From positions 2,144,001-2,208,000 of the forward strand of contig OZ241362.1 in assembly GCA_965200315.1 (NCBI GenBank): a DNA stretch of 64,000 bases, read 5' to 3'. The DNA is from Candidatus Latescibacterota bacterium. Lineage in GTDB: Bacteria; Latescibacterota; UBA2968; UBA8231. The notes under the pieces are model-generated. The model was not told the origin of the DNA, did not search any database, and saw only the letters and a list, made by a program, of their open reading frames with translations. Below are positions 28,797-38,289 of the stretch, one piece after another. The translations under genes were made by a program, and so were the position numbers. The stretch's first letter is position 1. Each line of letters begins with the position of its first letter.

Positions 28797-29066
28797 CTAA
28801 CTCGCGCCCCCCGATATGGCGGGCAGGAAATGGACCTCACTTTGCGGCCCCACCTTGGCCCTAAGCCCGGCGGAGACCACTTCGCCATCCACCGCGACGG
28901 CAATCTCGGTCTTGATGCGGTCGCCATCGAGAACCCGCTCCTTGAAGCCAGGGTAGCGGGCGTCGAGCGCGGCCACGACCTCGCGCACGGTCGCGCCCTC
29001 CACCTCTACTTGCTGCTGGCCAGCAGTCAGCTTCTGCATCAGCGAGGGAATCCAAGCTACAGGCAT
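28797..29066 (-). CDS. MoaD/ThiS ubiquitin-like sulfur carrier
   Basis: GATVREVV..L..RYPG, VAVDGE, LPAISGG followed by AS. Confidence 0.88.
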   Translation of the reverse strand: MPVAWIPSLMQKLTAGQQQVEVEGATVREVVAALDARYPGFKERVLDGDRIKTEIAVAVDGEVVSAGLRAKVGPQSEVHFLPAISGGAS

Positions 29067-29072
29067 AATGGG

Positions 29073-31355
29073 CTAACCACCGGCAGCCTGTGCAGCCCGT
29101 TCCTCGTGCGCCTGCAACGCGGCGACAATGCGGCTGGGCTTCATGGGCAATTCCTGCGGACGTACGCCAACGGCATCCTCAATGGCCGCAGCTACAGCCG
29201 CGGGCGGCGGGGCGATGTTGGCCTCGCCAACGCCGCGCACACCATAGGGATGGCCTGGGTTGGGAACCTCGACGATGATGGTCTCAATCATCGGCAGATC
29301 GAGGCTAGTCGGAATCCGGTAGTCGAGAAAGCTGGAGTTGTCGAGGTGACCGTCTCCACTGTAGAAGTACTCCTCGTTGAGCGCCCAACCAATGCCTTGG
29401 GCCGAGCCGCCCTGCATCTGGCCCTCGACGTACGCCGGGTGAATGGCCCGGCCCGCGTCTTGGACGACTGTGAAGCGCACAATCTCGACCTTGCCGGTCT
29501 CGGGATCGACCTCCACATCGGCGATATTGGCCGCAAAGGAGCCGCCGACGCCCGAGTCTGGATCCACAGAGGCGCGGCCAATGACCGGGCCGCCGGTCTC
29601 TTCGAGGCGGCCAGCTAGTTCCTTAAAGGTCAGCGCGTTATCGCCGGAACGGAAGACGCCGTCGTCAAACTCGACTTGGCTTACTTCGACCTCCCAGAGC
29701 TGGGCCGCGCGCTCGCAGAGCTGGTCCCGCACGTCGAGGGCGGCCTTGTACGCGGCCCAGCCCGTGGCATACGTCACGCGGCTGCCGCCGGTTACGTCCG
29801 TGTGGCCAATCGAGTCGGTGTCGGCCACCTGCGGTTTGACGTCTTCGGCCTTAAGGCCCAAAGTTTCGGCAAACTGCATGGCGATCGATGTGCGCGTACC
29901 GCCGATGTCGGTCGAACCCTCGACTAAGCTGACCGTGCCGTCAGAGTTGACGCTGGCCGTGCAGGAGGATTTAAGCCCGACGTTGAACCAATAGCCGACC
30001 GAGATGCCGCGCCCTCCGTTGGGGCCAGCAGGCGCTGGACTCTGGTAGTGCTCCGAGTTGGCGATGGCCTCCAACACCTCCTTGCAGCCCATCTTTGGAT
30101 ACACCACGCCGTCGATACGGCGGGTGCCGGTCGTCGCGGTGTTTTTGAGCCGGAGATCCAGCGACTCCATCCCCAATTCGGCAGCTAGCAGCTCAACCAC
30201 GTGCTCGGTGGCAAAGGCCACCTGCGTCGAACCTGGGGCGCGATAGGCAAAACTCCGCGGCTTGTTGACCACTACGTCATAGCAGTCGATCCGGCCATCG
30301 GGTATGTCGTAGCACGAAAACACGCACATCGCGGCCGCGCCGACCAAGCCGCCGGGATACGCCCCGGACTCAAAGGCGATATAGGCGTCGGCGGCCACGA
30401 TCTTGCCGCTGTTGTCAGCTCCCATCTTGATTTTGATATACGACCCAGGCGTCGGCCCGGTGCTCTCAAAGACGGCTGGCCGGGTCATAATCATTTTGAC
30501 GGGTTGGCCGCTCGCCTTGGAGAGCAGGGCGGCGACCGGCTCCAAGTAAACCGGGATTTTGCCGCCAAAACCGCCGCCAATTTCCTGGGGCACGACCTTG
30601 ATCTTGGAAATGGGTATGTCCAAGACCGCGCCAACTTGGGCGCGTGCGGTGAACGAACCCTGTGTGCTGGTCCAGATCGTCAGTTGGCCATCGGCGTTCC
30701 AGCTCGCCGTGGCGTTATGCGGCTCGATGTATCCTTGATGCACGGTGGCGGTCTGAAACGCGCGCTCCACGACCACGTCGGCCTCGGCAAAAGCCTTATC
30801 CGGGTCGCCGAGCTTGTGCTCGAAGTGGGTGGCGAGGTTGCTCTTGCGACCAGTGTCTTCCCCAAACTCTTGGGTGGTCATGTCGTCGTGGAGCTGGGGT
30901 GCGCCCTCCTGCATGGCCTCGCGTACATCGAGCACGGCCTCTAGGACTTCGTACTCGACCTCGATCAGGTCGAGGGCCTCTTCGGCAATGTGGACGTTGG
31001 TGGCGGCGACCGCGGCGACTGGATGCCCGCTGTACAGGGCCTTATCCGTGGCCAGCACGTTGTCGCGCAGGTATTTGAGCCGGGCCGGGCCTTCGCCGAG
31101 ATCGACTATTTGGTCGCCGGCATCGGGCAGATCCACGCCCGTGAGGACGGCCTTGACCCCGGGCAGGGCCACAGCTTTGGCAGTGTCTATGGACTTGATG
31201 CGCGCATGGGCGTGGGGCGAGCGCAGGACCTGCCCGTAGAGCAAGCCGGCCAACCGGGTGTCGGCACCGTAAATGGCGCGCCCCGTGACTTTGTCGACGC
31301 CGTCGTGGCGGATGGGACGGGTGCCGATGACTTTGTAGCCGTTAGTGGCAGACAT
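29073..31355 (-). CDS. Xanthine dehydrogenase family, molybdopterin-binding subunit
   Basis: KVTGRA.Y, RSPHAHA, IGGGFGGK, AYRAPG, EGQMQGG..QGIG, RGVGE. Confidence 0.93.
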   Translation of the reverse strand: MSATNGYKVIGTRPIRHDGVDKVTGRAIYGADTRLAGLLYGQVLRSPHAHARIKSIDTAKAVALPGVKAVLTGVDLPDAGDQIVDLGEGPARLKYLRDNVLATDKALYSGHPVAAVAATNVHIAEEALDLIEVEYEVLEAVLDVREAMQEGAPQLHDDMTTQEFGEDTGRKSNLATHFEHKLGDPDKAFAEADVVVERAFQTATVHQGYIEPHNATASWNADGQLTIWTSTQGSFTARAQVGAVLDIPISKIKVVPQEIGGGFGGKIPVYLEPVAALLSKASGQPVKMIMTRPAVFESTGPTPGSYIKIKMGADNSGKIVAADAYIAFESGAYPGGLVGAAAMCVFSCYDIPDGRIDCYDVVVNKPRSFAYRAPGSTQVAFATEHVVELLAAELGMESLDLRLKNTATTGTRRIDGVVYPKMGCKEVLEAIANSEHYQSPAPAGPNGGRGISVGYWFNVGLKSSCTASVNSDGTVSLVEGSTDIGGTRTSIAMQFAETLGLKAEDVKPQVADTDSIGHTDVTGGSRVTYATGWAAYKAALDVRDQLCERAAQLWEVEVSQVEFDDGVFRSGDNALTFKELAGRLEETGGPVIGRASVDPDSGVGGSFAANIADVEVDPETGKVEIVRFTVVQDAGRAIHPAYVEGQMQGGSAQGIGWALNEEYFYSGDGHLDNSSFLDYRIPTSLDLPMIETIIVEVPNPGHPYGVRGVGEANIAPPPAAVAAAIEDAVGVRPQELPMKPSRIVAALQAHEERAAQAAGG

Positions 31356-31375
31356 GGCGTTCCTCCTCGTTGGGT

Positions 31376-31855
31376 TCAGGCGCTTTGGCGCACTTCCTCA
31401 GCCGCGTCGAGGACGGCGCGGACGATCTTGTCGTAGCCCGTGCAGCGGCACAGGTTGCCGGCCAGCCAGTGCCGCACTTCGTGCTCGGAAGGATTGGGGT
31501 TGCGGTCGAGCAGAGCCTTGGAGGCCACCAAAAAGCCCGGGGTGCAGATGCCGCATTGCAGCGCGGCGTGTTCGAGGAACTTCTGCTGCACCGGGTGCAG
31601 GCTATCCGGGCTGGCAAGGCCCTCGACCGTGCCGATCTCCTTGCCCTCGGCCTCAACGGCCAGCATCAGACAAGAATCGACGAGGACGCCGTCGACGGCG
31701 ATGGAACACGCGCCGCAGTTGCCGTCGTTGCAGCCTTCCTTGGTGCCGGTGAAGCCGAGCGTCTCGCGCAATACTTCGAGCAGGCTTTGGCGCGGCTCGC
31801 AGAGAAATTCGGTCGACTCCCCGTTGATTGTGGTTTGGACATGTGTTTTGCTCAT
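31376..31855 (-). CDS. Xanthine dehydrogenase family, 2x[2Fe-2S] subunit
   Basis: GTKEGCNDGNCGAC, QCGICTPG, GNLCRCTGY. Confidence 0.95.
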   Translation of the reverse strand: MSKTHVQTTINGESTEFLCEPRQSLLEVLRETLGFTGTKEGCNDGNCGACSIAVDGVLVDSCLMLAVEAEGKEIGTVEGLASPDSLHPVQQKFLEHAALQCGICTPGFLVASKALLDRNPNPSEHEVRHWLAGNLCRCTGYDKIVRAVLDAAEEVRQSA

Positions 31856-31938
31856 GTACTTAACTCCGAAATTTGGGCCGCTTGTTGCGGCGAGTGAGAC
31901 GCTTCTATCGCCGACCGGATGGTCGGTGCATTTTAACT

Positions 31939-32847
31939 TTAGCCAGCCGCTTCCTGCACGGCGTTGGCGACGAACTGACCGCGGGCCCGAGCCACAGCAC
32001 CCGCGAGGGTGCGCTTGACCAAGACCCCGACGAGATGGGTGCGGAACTCGGCTGGGCCACGCATATCGGAAATCGGGCGAGCCGCGCTCTGGGCTGCGGC
32101 TGCGGCCGCGGCAATGGCCTCGTCTGAAACGGCTTGACCCGCTAGGCTATCGCCGGCCTCGCGCGCGAAAATCGGCGTGGGCCCGACCGCGGCGAGCGCT
32201 ATACGCGCGGCCTTAAACTCCTTGCCGCGATTGGCCAAGGTAACATGGGAGGACACTCCGACGACGGCGATGTCCATCTCGTTGCGCGGAATGAAGCGCT
32301 GATAGTGAGAGCCCGTGTTCTTTTTGGCAATCGGCATCTGGAGAGCAACCAAGAGCTCGCCGGGCGCGAGCACGCTACGGCCCGGAGCCGTGCAAAAATC
32401 TTCTACCGCGACTTGACGCCGGCCGGCCGGCCCGGCGATGTGGCACACGGCCGAGTGGGTAATCAGGCTGGGAATGGTGTCCGCACTCGGAGAGGCGTTG
32501 CACAAATTGCCGCCAAAGGTGGCGCGGCCCTGTATTTGGATACCGCCGATGATGGCGGCCGAATCGACGAGCCCAGGGTAGCGATCGACGATTTCGGGGT
32601 CATTGTAGATGCGCCAGCAGGACACGGCCGCGCCGATGACCAAACCCCGGCGGGGGCCGTAGGAAAGCTCATTGGCCTCGGGGACGTTCTTGATGTCGAT
32701 GACGCAGTCGGGCGTAAATCGCTTTCCGCGCAACTGGACGAGCAAGTCGGTGCCGCCAGCGAGGACGCGGGCGGCCGCGCCCTTCTCGGCCTTGAGGGCC
32801 ACGGCCTCGCGCAATGTGCTGGGAGCGCAGTATGCAAAATCTTTCAA
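31939..32847 (-). CDS. Xanthine dehydrogenase family, FAD-binding subunit
   Basis: LAGGTDL, QIQGRATFGGNLCNASPSAD, PISDMRG. TTG start after GAGGAGG. Confidence 0.93.
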   Translation of the reverse strand: MKDFAYCAPSTLREAVALKAEKGAAARVLAGGTDLLVQLRGKRFTPDCVIDIKNVPEANELSYGPRRGLVIGAAVSCWRIYNDPEIVDRYPGLVDSAAIIGGIQIQGRATFGGNLCNASPSADTIPSLITHSAVCHIAGPAGRRQVAVEDFCTAPGRSVLAPGELLVALQMPIAKKNTGSHYQRFIPRNEMDIAVVGVSSHVTLANRGKEFKAARIALAAVGPTPIFAREAGDSLAGQAVSDEAIAAAAAAAQSAARPISDMRGPAEFRTHLVGVLVKRTLAGAVARARGQFVANAVQEAAG

Positions 32848-33018
32848 GGAAAACCTCCTCGCTTGTAAGTAGTGATCGCTTAGTTTGCGCCTAATTATGG
32901 CCTGCTCCATCTCCGCTGTCAAGAGCGGCAAAAGAGGCCGGATAGCTGGATTTTTCTCGGAGAAATCCTCGGCGTGAGGTGCTTCAATCCGCGGGCGACT
33001 GAGCCGACGGGATGCGTC

Positions 33019-34824
33019 CTAAGGCAGCTTCATCATCTTCTTGGTTTCCACGCGCCCATCCACCTCGACCCGATAGAGATACACGCCGGCGGCCACATCC
33101 CGGCCCACCTCGTCGCGACCATCCCAAGTAAACCGATGGGTACCCACCCGCAACGACCCCTGCCACAACGGCCGCACCCAACGACCCAGCACGTCGTACA
33201 CCGCCAGCGACACCCCGGCCGCGTCCGTCACCAAATCGAGGGGAATCACCACAGCCGGATTAAACGGATTGGGATAGCTGTCGCCCAGCCGATACTGCGC
33301 CGGCACAGCACCCACTGCCATCCTCACCGCCGTCGGCTGCCCAACCCCTGAATTCTCGAGCAGATGCACGCCGCCCAAGGTCGGGTCTAACACCACTAAG
33401 TCCAGATCGCCGTCGGCATCGACATCGCCGGGCAGCACCCTAGTTCCATCACCAGCCAAGCGATGCGTTTCCCCTTCTTGGGTCGGATTCAAGCCGCCAC
33501 CCCACTCGACAAACACCCCAAATCCCGATGCCCGGTTGCCGCCGACAAATACCCAATCATCTATCCCGTCGGCATTCAAATCGCGCACCACCACCGGTGA
33601 ACGCACAAACAAATGCTCATCGTACAGCACCTTCAGCACCTCTGCGGACAGCCTTTGCACAGCGAGTCCCATATCCCCTTCATAGGAATTGCGTTGGAGT
33701 TCCACGAGCATCTCCTGCTGCTCATCTCCGTCAAAATCGCCCATAGAACTATTCATGCTGTAGTACAAATCGAAGAGCGATTCGAGGTCGTCTGGACTCA
33801 TCGTAAGTACCTCTTCTTCGAGATTCTCCCCGATAGACCAAATCGCTATTTCGGAGCCTGCTCTTATCATAATCTCGTCTTGGCCATCGCCATCCATATC
33901 GTGGGCGAGCATAACCCAAAATCCGTCTTGGTCATACCCGATGCGCGCGATTTCAAAGGCTCCACTGCCATCATTGAGGGCCATGACCCAGCCCCAAGGC
34001 GGTCTATAGCCAGAGGAGGGATCACCTTGATAGGGGGCAAATCTAGCAGAGAAAAGGTCTAAGTCGCCATCGCCATCCAAGTCGGTCAAGACGCCACTCC
34101 CCCATCCAAAACCCCCTAAACCCGGTGTAATCGGATAGAACACCGGTGGCGCAAAAAGACCGGGGCCATCAAAGTAAAAATACTCTACATGCGGCCGGGC
34201 TAATTCGCCCTGCGAGCGCTCTTCAGGGCCAGTCAACTCGATCCAGTCGATCTCAAAGCACCCGACCACCTCATCCACCGACCGGGGCTCCTCCGCTTCG
34301 TTGTGATCCAACCTAAAGAGCAGCCGAATATCCCGTAAAAGCCCCTCCCATACGATCTCATCTTGGCCAGAGAGGGTAAACTCTACTTCCTGCCATTCGG
34401 TCGTGTAGGCGAAGTCTATAAAGGGGATCGAAAATCGGTTTTCTGACGGCCCTTCTGGATCGAGTCCTGGTGCCGCGAGGTTGTGCTCATTGGTCCAAGC
34501 AAACCAAATGCGCCCTACCGTAGGGCGATCATGCACGGTGCGGAACCGGACCCGCACCCGGTCAAACAGGTGCGAGTCGTAGCCGATGATATAAGAAATC
34601 AATTCCACACTCGAAACAGGATTGCCTTTGCCCACCATCGAAGGCGAGACATCGACCCTCCACACGCCATCTTCGACCTCCCCTCGAAACAGATTAAAAA
34701 TTAACCCGCCCAGAGCACTTTTGGCAGCCCATCCTTGCGTCGTTCCGTCGTCGAAATCCCACTTGACCGCCTCGGCGAGGCCGCTCCATAACACTAAGCA
34801 TCCAACGACGGCGAGCTTCAACAC
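33019..34824 (-). CDS. Secreted FG-GAP repeat protein with T9SS type-A-like/FlgD C-terminal domain
   Basis: Signal peptide; DLDGDGDLD, DMDGDG, DLNADG, DVDADGDLD; C-terminal YPNPFNP...VYDVLGR...WDGRD...GVYLYR...KKM. Confidence 0.8.
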   Translation of the reverse strand: MLKLAVVGCLVLWSGLAEAVKWDFDDGTTQGWAAKSALGGLIFNLFRGEVEDGVWRVDVSPSMVGKGNPVSSVELISYIIGYDSHLFDRVRVRFRTVHDRPTVGRIWFAWTNEHNLAAPGLDPEGPSENRFSIPFIDFAYTTEWQEVEFTLSGQDEIVWEGLLRDIRLLFRLDHNEAEEPRSVDEVVGCFEIDWIELTGPEERSQGELARPHVEYFYFDGPGLFAPPVFYPITPGLGGFGWGSGVLTDLDGDGDLDLFSARFAPYQGDPSSGYRPPWGWVMALNDGSGAFEIARIGYDQDGFWVMLAHDMDGDGQDEIMIRAGSEIAIWSIGENLEEEVLTMSPDDLESLFDLYYSMNSSMGDFDGDEQQEMLVELQRNSYEGDMGLAVQRLSAEVLKVLYDEHLFVRSPVVVRDLNADGIDDWVFVGGNRASGFGVFVEWGGGLNPTQEGETHRLAGDGTRVLPGDVDADGDLDLVVLDPTLGGVHLLENSGVGQPTAVRMAVGAVPAQYRLGDSYPNPFNPAVVIPLDLVTDAAGVSLAVYDVLGRWVRPLWQGSLRVGTHRFTWDGRDEVGRDVAAGVYLYRVEVDGRVETKKMMKLP

Positions 34825-34919
34825 GACAGCACCTCCATAGAAATTTCCACAAGACGGCCAGTCTGATTCCAGCGAGTACTAAATTTTGGCCAGCGACAGA
34901 CCGCATCCATAGCTTCTCA

Positions 34920-35795
34920 TCAATCGCTCCCCACCCCCGCTTCCAAGCTCCAATAGACCGTTTCGATCCAGCGCTGCGCTGGCACGAAAGACCACGCCCA
35001 CGACGCCCATTGAGGGTCGAGTCCCTCGGCGCTTATTTGGTCGAGCGACATGCCCGCACTCCGGAGTGTGCGCACGCTATCCGTAGTTTCCACCAACATG
35101 CGGTGGTAAGCCTTCAAGTCGTCGAGTGTGGCAACCGGGCCGTGGCCGGGGATGATTTTGGTGTCCGCGGGAAGCTGGTCAATGAGCGCGGCGATGTGTT
35201 GCGTCAGGGTCTCGACATCGCCGCCGTACTCTAGATCGACAAAGGGGAAAAGGCCATTGAAGAACAGGTCGCCAAGATGGACGACCTCGGCGTTGACAAA
35301 GAATACGGCGATGTCCCCGTCGGTATGGGCGCGAGGGAAGTGAACGGCGCGGATTTCCTCGCCATTGAAGAACACAGACACCGACTGCTCAAACGCAATC
35401 ACTGGTAAGGCAACCGCCGGCGCAGGCTCAATGTGCCGCTTGCCAAACTCACCACCCGTCGCCAAGCGTTTGCGGACGTTGGCGTGGGCCAAAATCGCGG
35501 CGTGCTGGCCAAAGGCGCGGTTGCCGCCGGTGTGGTCACCGTGAAAATGCGTGTTGAAGATGTACTGGGGCTGACCGACAAAACGAGACAGCGCGGTGCG
35601 CACCTCATCAGCCTGCGACGCCAGTTTGTCATCTACCAAAAGAATGCCGTCGTCGCCGACGCAAACCCCTACGTTGCCGCCACCGCCTTGCAGCACATAC
35701 ACTGCGTCGCTGAGCTGATGGAGCGACAACTCGGCGGTCGCTGGGCCAGTAGCTAACAGTGTTGCGATTAATGAGCAAGCCTGTAAGAAGCGCAT
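34920..35795 (-). CDS. Metallo-beta-lactamase fold hydrolase (cyclase-like), secreted
   Basis: THFHGDHTGGN, AHTDGD, GDL, IPGHG; signal peptide. Confidence 0.88.
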   Translation of the reverse strand: MRFLQACSLIATLLATGPATAELSLHQLSDAVYVLQGGGGNVGVCVGDDGILLVDDKLASQADEVRTALSRFVGQPQYIFNTHFHGDHTGGNRAFGQHAAILAHANVRKRLATGGEFGKRHIEPAPAVALPVIAFEQSVSVFFNGEEIRAVHFPRAHTDGDIAVFFVNAEVVHLGDLFFNGLFPFVDLEYGGDVETLTQHIAALIDQLPADTKIIPGHGPVATLDDLKAYHRMLVETTDSVRTLRSAGMSLDQISAEGLDPQWASWAWSFVPAQRWIETVYWSLEAGVGSD

Positions 35796-35817
35796 GGTTC
35801 TTTACCTCTGTGATTAA

Positions 35818-35916
35818 CTGACATGATGCTGCGCTCCGCATGACAACATGGGCGTCCTCGCCTGTCCTGCGGAGCGCAGCCAAGCATCTCATACCCGGAC
35901 CTGTGCGTAACATCAG
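35818..35916. mobile_element. Short MITE (CTGAC...ATCAG ends) with 7-bp TGATTAA duplication
   Basis: TGATTAA at 35811-35817 and 35917-35923; right end GCGTAACATCAG; internal GCTGCGCTCCGCA/TGCGGAGCGCAGC inverted repeat. Confidence 0.6.
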
Positions 35917-35925
35917 TGATTAAAG

Positions 35926-37557
35926 TCACGGATCGCTGTTTCTTTCTTCTATCGTTATGTAGCGATTGACCGGCAGATCAGTAAAAATTTCGCAGTGCTG
36001 ATCGGGCCAGCGCACTTCGAGCGTATCGACTCGCTTGACGCGCCCCAGCCCGAAGTGGAGGCGGCGGTCTTCACTGGAGAGGAAACTGCTGCCGCAGATG
36101 AGGTCGCGAATCTGCGTCCGCTTGCCAGCGACGAGTCGCGCTCGGGTGCCAACGCCATCGCGGTTGCCGCGCGTACCAACCAAGCGCAAACCCAACCAAT
36201 TCCGCCGGTTGCCCACATCGTTCCGCAACAGCGAGGGCCGATCGTCGAGATTGGCCACGAAAACGTCCAAGTCGCCGTCGTTGTCAAAGTCGAGCACGTT
36301 GGCTCCGCGACTGACGCCGGGCACCTCAAAGCCGAGCGCGACCTGCGTAAACGTCCCATCGCCAACATTGGCAAAAAGCTGATTGGGCTGGGCGTATGCA
36401 CTGCCGCTGCCGGCGCGGTCAATCTGCGGGTACACATGGCCGTTGGCCACCAACAGATCGAGATCGCCATCGTGGTCAAAGTCAAAAAAACCCGCGCCAA
36501 ACCCCACGTGCGCCCATCCCGCACGCCCCAATCCAACTTCCGCGCTGACATCCGCAAAGGTGCCGTCGCCTTCGTTGCGATAGAGGGTATTGTACTCGTC
36601 TGCAAAATGCGTGGCGAACACATCGGGGCGTCCGTCGTTGTCGTAGTCGCCCCAAGCCACCCCCATACTCGCTTGGATTTGTCCGCTGCGGCTGTATGCC
36701 AAGCGGGCCGGGAGGGAGCGGTCTGTAAAGCGGCCATCGCCGCGATTGCGATAAAAAAAGTTCGGGCTAGAATCGTTGGCCACGAACAGATCGGGCCAGC
36801 CATCGGCGTCCGCATCCGCAAACAGGACGCCCAACCCATAGCCCGGGGAAGGGTGGTTAAGGCGCGCCCAAGCGGTGATGTCGGCAAACTCGCCGCCATC
36901 GTTGCGATAAAACACATCCGCAGCCCCCACCAATCCCCTCGGGCCGATGAAAACCTCCACCCCCTTCCATTGCGCCCCCAAACGTTTAACCTCAGTCGAA
37001 TCGAATACCGCATAGCTCGCCACGTACAGGTCGAGGTCGCCGTCGCGGTCGTAGTCGGCCCAAGCTGCGCCCGTGCTCCAATCGGACGCGGCCACGCCAG
37101 CCCCTGCGGCCACCTCGACAAAGTGGTCGCCATCGTTGCGGAAGAGCAGATTCTCCCGCAATTGCGTCGCGTACAGGTCCTGGTCGCCATCGTTGTCAAA
37201 GTCCGCGCTAGTCGCCCCCATGCCCCAGCCGCGCCCTGCGGCCCCGAGCGCCTCGCCCACCTCGACAAAGCCGGCCGGGCCATCGTTGCGAAAGAGCGCA
37301 TGGCCACCGCCTTTGCCATTGACCCAGTACAGGTCTTGGTCGCCGTCGCGGTCAAAATCGAGCGCGGCCGTGCCGCCGCCTTTGGCCTCGGGGATGTAGC
37401 CCTTTTCCAAGCTGCCGCTCGTGTGGACGCGAGTCAGGCCGAGATCAGCGGCCACATCGACGAAGGGCACGAGCGACTCGGCGGCGGCGCAGCACGTCCA
37501 CAGGATGGTTGTGCAGAAGCCGCCGGCTAATTTCCACTTGCCGCGATCCAAGCTCAT
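35926..37557 (-). CDS. CRTAC1 / ASPIC-UnbV family FG-GAP protein
   Basis: Many DxDxDGxxD repeats; C-terminal N.DGVG.R...SFLSS...LHFGLG...LEVRWP. Confidence 0.9.
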   Translation of the reverse strand: MSLDRGKWKLAGGFCTTILWTCCAAAESLVPFVDVAADLGLTRVHTSGSLEKGYIPEAKGGGTAALDFDRDGDQDLYWVNGKGGGHALFRNDGPAGFVEVGEALGAAGRGWGMGATSADFDNDGDQDLYATQLRENLLFRNDGDHFVEVAAGAGVAASDWSTGAAWADYDRDGDLDLYVASYAVFDSTEVKRLGAQWKGVEVFIGPRGLVGAADVFYRNDGGEFADITAWARLNHPSPGYGLGVLFADADADGWPDLFVANDSSPNFFYRNRGDGRFTDRSLPARLAYSRSGQIQASMGVAWGDYDNDGRPDVFATHFADEYNTLYRNEGDGTFADVSAEVGLGRAGWAHVGFGAGFFDFDHDGDLDLLVANGHVYPQIDRAGSGSAYAQPNQLFANVGDGTFTQVALGFEVPGVSRGANVLDFDNDGDLDVFVANLDDRPSLLRNDVGNRRNWLGLRLVGTRGNRDGVGTRARLVAGKRTQIRDLICGSSFLSSEDRRLHFGLGRVKRVDTLEVRWPDQHCEIFTDLPVNRYITIEERNSDP

Positions 37558-37573
37558 CCGTATATCCTAGTAC

Positions 37574-38263
37574 ATGACTACGACATTGACCCAAAACGAC
37601 TCTGAATCCCTCGTGAGTCGCATCATTGAAGAGTTGCGAGCCAACCCCGAAGCTCAGGCCCTATTACTGCGGGCCTTGCTCACCGACGAATTTCTCGGTA
37701 TGCCCATACGCCTCAAGCGCGTAGAAGCCGATGTCGCCCAACTCAAAGTTGACGTCTCAGTGCTCAAAACCGATGTCGCCCAACTCAAAACCGATGTCGC
37801 CCAACTCAAAACCGATGTCGCCCAACTTAAGGGGGACAGTTTAGAAGTGAAACTCTACCGGCGGATTCGTCCGTTACTCAGTCAGCGGTTCAACCTGCGC
37901 CGGGGCCAGATAATGCAAGGTAGCCTGCAAGATCCCAGACCGGATTTTTTTGAACCGGTTGAAAAGGCTTTTGACGCGGGGGTTATTACGGACGCACAGG
38001 AAGTTCGGATCAGTGCTACGGATCTGATTATTCGCGCACAGCGCAAGGAGGACTTGGCGGTGGTGTGGGTGGCAGTGGAGGTGTCCAATCAAATCGGGCA
38101 GCGCGACATTGATCGGGGGCGCGAGTCGGCTGACGCCCTGAGCGCGATCTTCCAACAGGAGGCCCTCGCTGTGGTCATCGGCTATCGCATCCATGCACAG
38201 GACCAAAGGCGCGCAGAGCGAGCCGCTGTGCATGTCCTCCGCGTCGAGGAGACGAGGGACTAA
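37574..38263 (+). CDS. Hypothetical coiled-coil protein with heptad repeats and nuclease-like C-terminus
   Basis: DVAQLKT repeats; DLII...VAVEVS...DIDR PD-(D/E)xK-like tail. Confidence 0.65.
   Translation: MTTTLTQNDSESLVSRIIEELRANPEAQALLLRALLTDEFLGMPIRLKRVEADVAQLKVDVSVLKTDVAQLKTDVAQLKTDVAQLKGDSLEVKLYRRIRPLLSQRFNLRRGQIMQGSLQDPRPDFFEPVEKAFDAGVITDAQEVRISATDLIIRAQRKEDLAVVWVAVEVSNQIGQRDIDRGRESADALSAIFQQEALAVVIGYRIHAQDQRRAERAAVHVLRVEETRD
37730..37834 (+). repeat. In-frame 21-bp tandem repeat, about 5 units
   Basis: Unit GATGTCGCCCAACTCAAAACC; units 3 and 4 exact, unit 2 divergent. Confidence 0.9.
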
Positions 38264-38289
38264 CGGGCCGACGTATAACATCCGACATC

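Noticed and set aside
29073-32847. Aerobic CO dehydrogenase (coxMSL)
   Set aside because: The active-site loop is AYRAPG, not AYxCSFR (form I) or AYxGAGR (form II); left as a generic xanthine dehydrogenase family enzyme.
28748-32940. 12-bp direct repeat CAAAAGAGGCCG flanking the Mo-enzyme operon as att sites
   Set aside because: One copy is part of a terminator stem, no integrase is present, and the match is short enough to be chance.
37730-37834. CRISPR array
   Set aside because: The repeats are contiguous, in frame and have no spacers; no cas genes.
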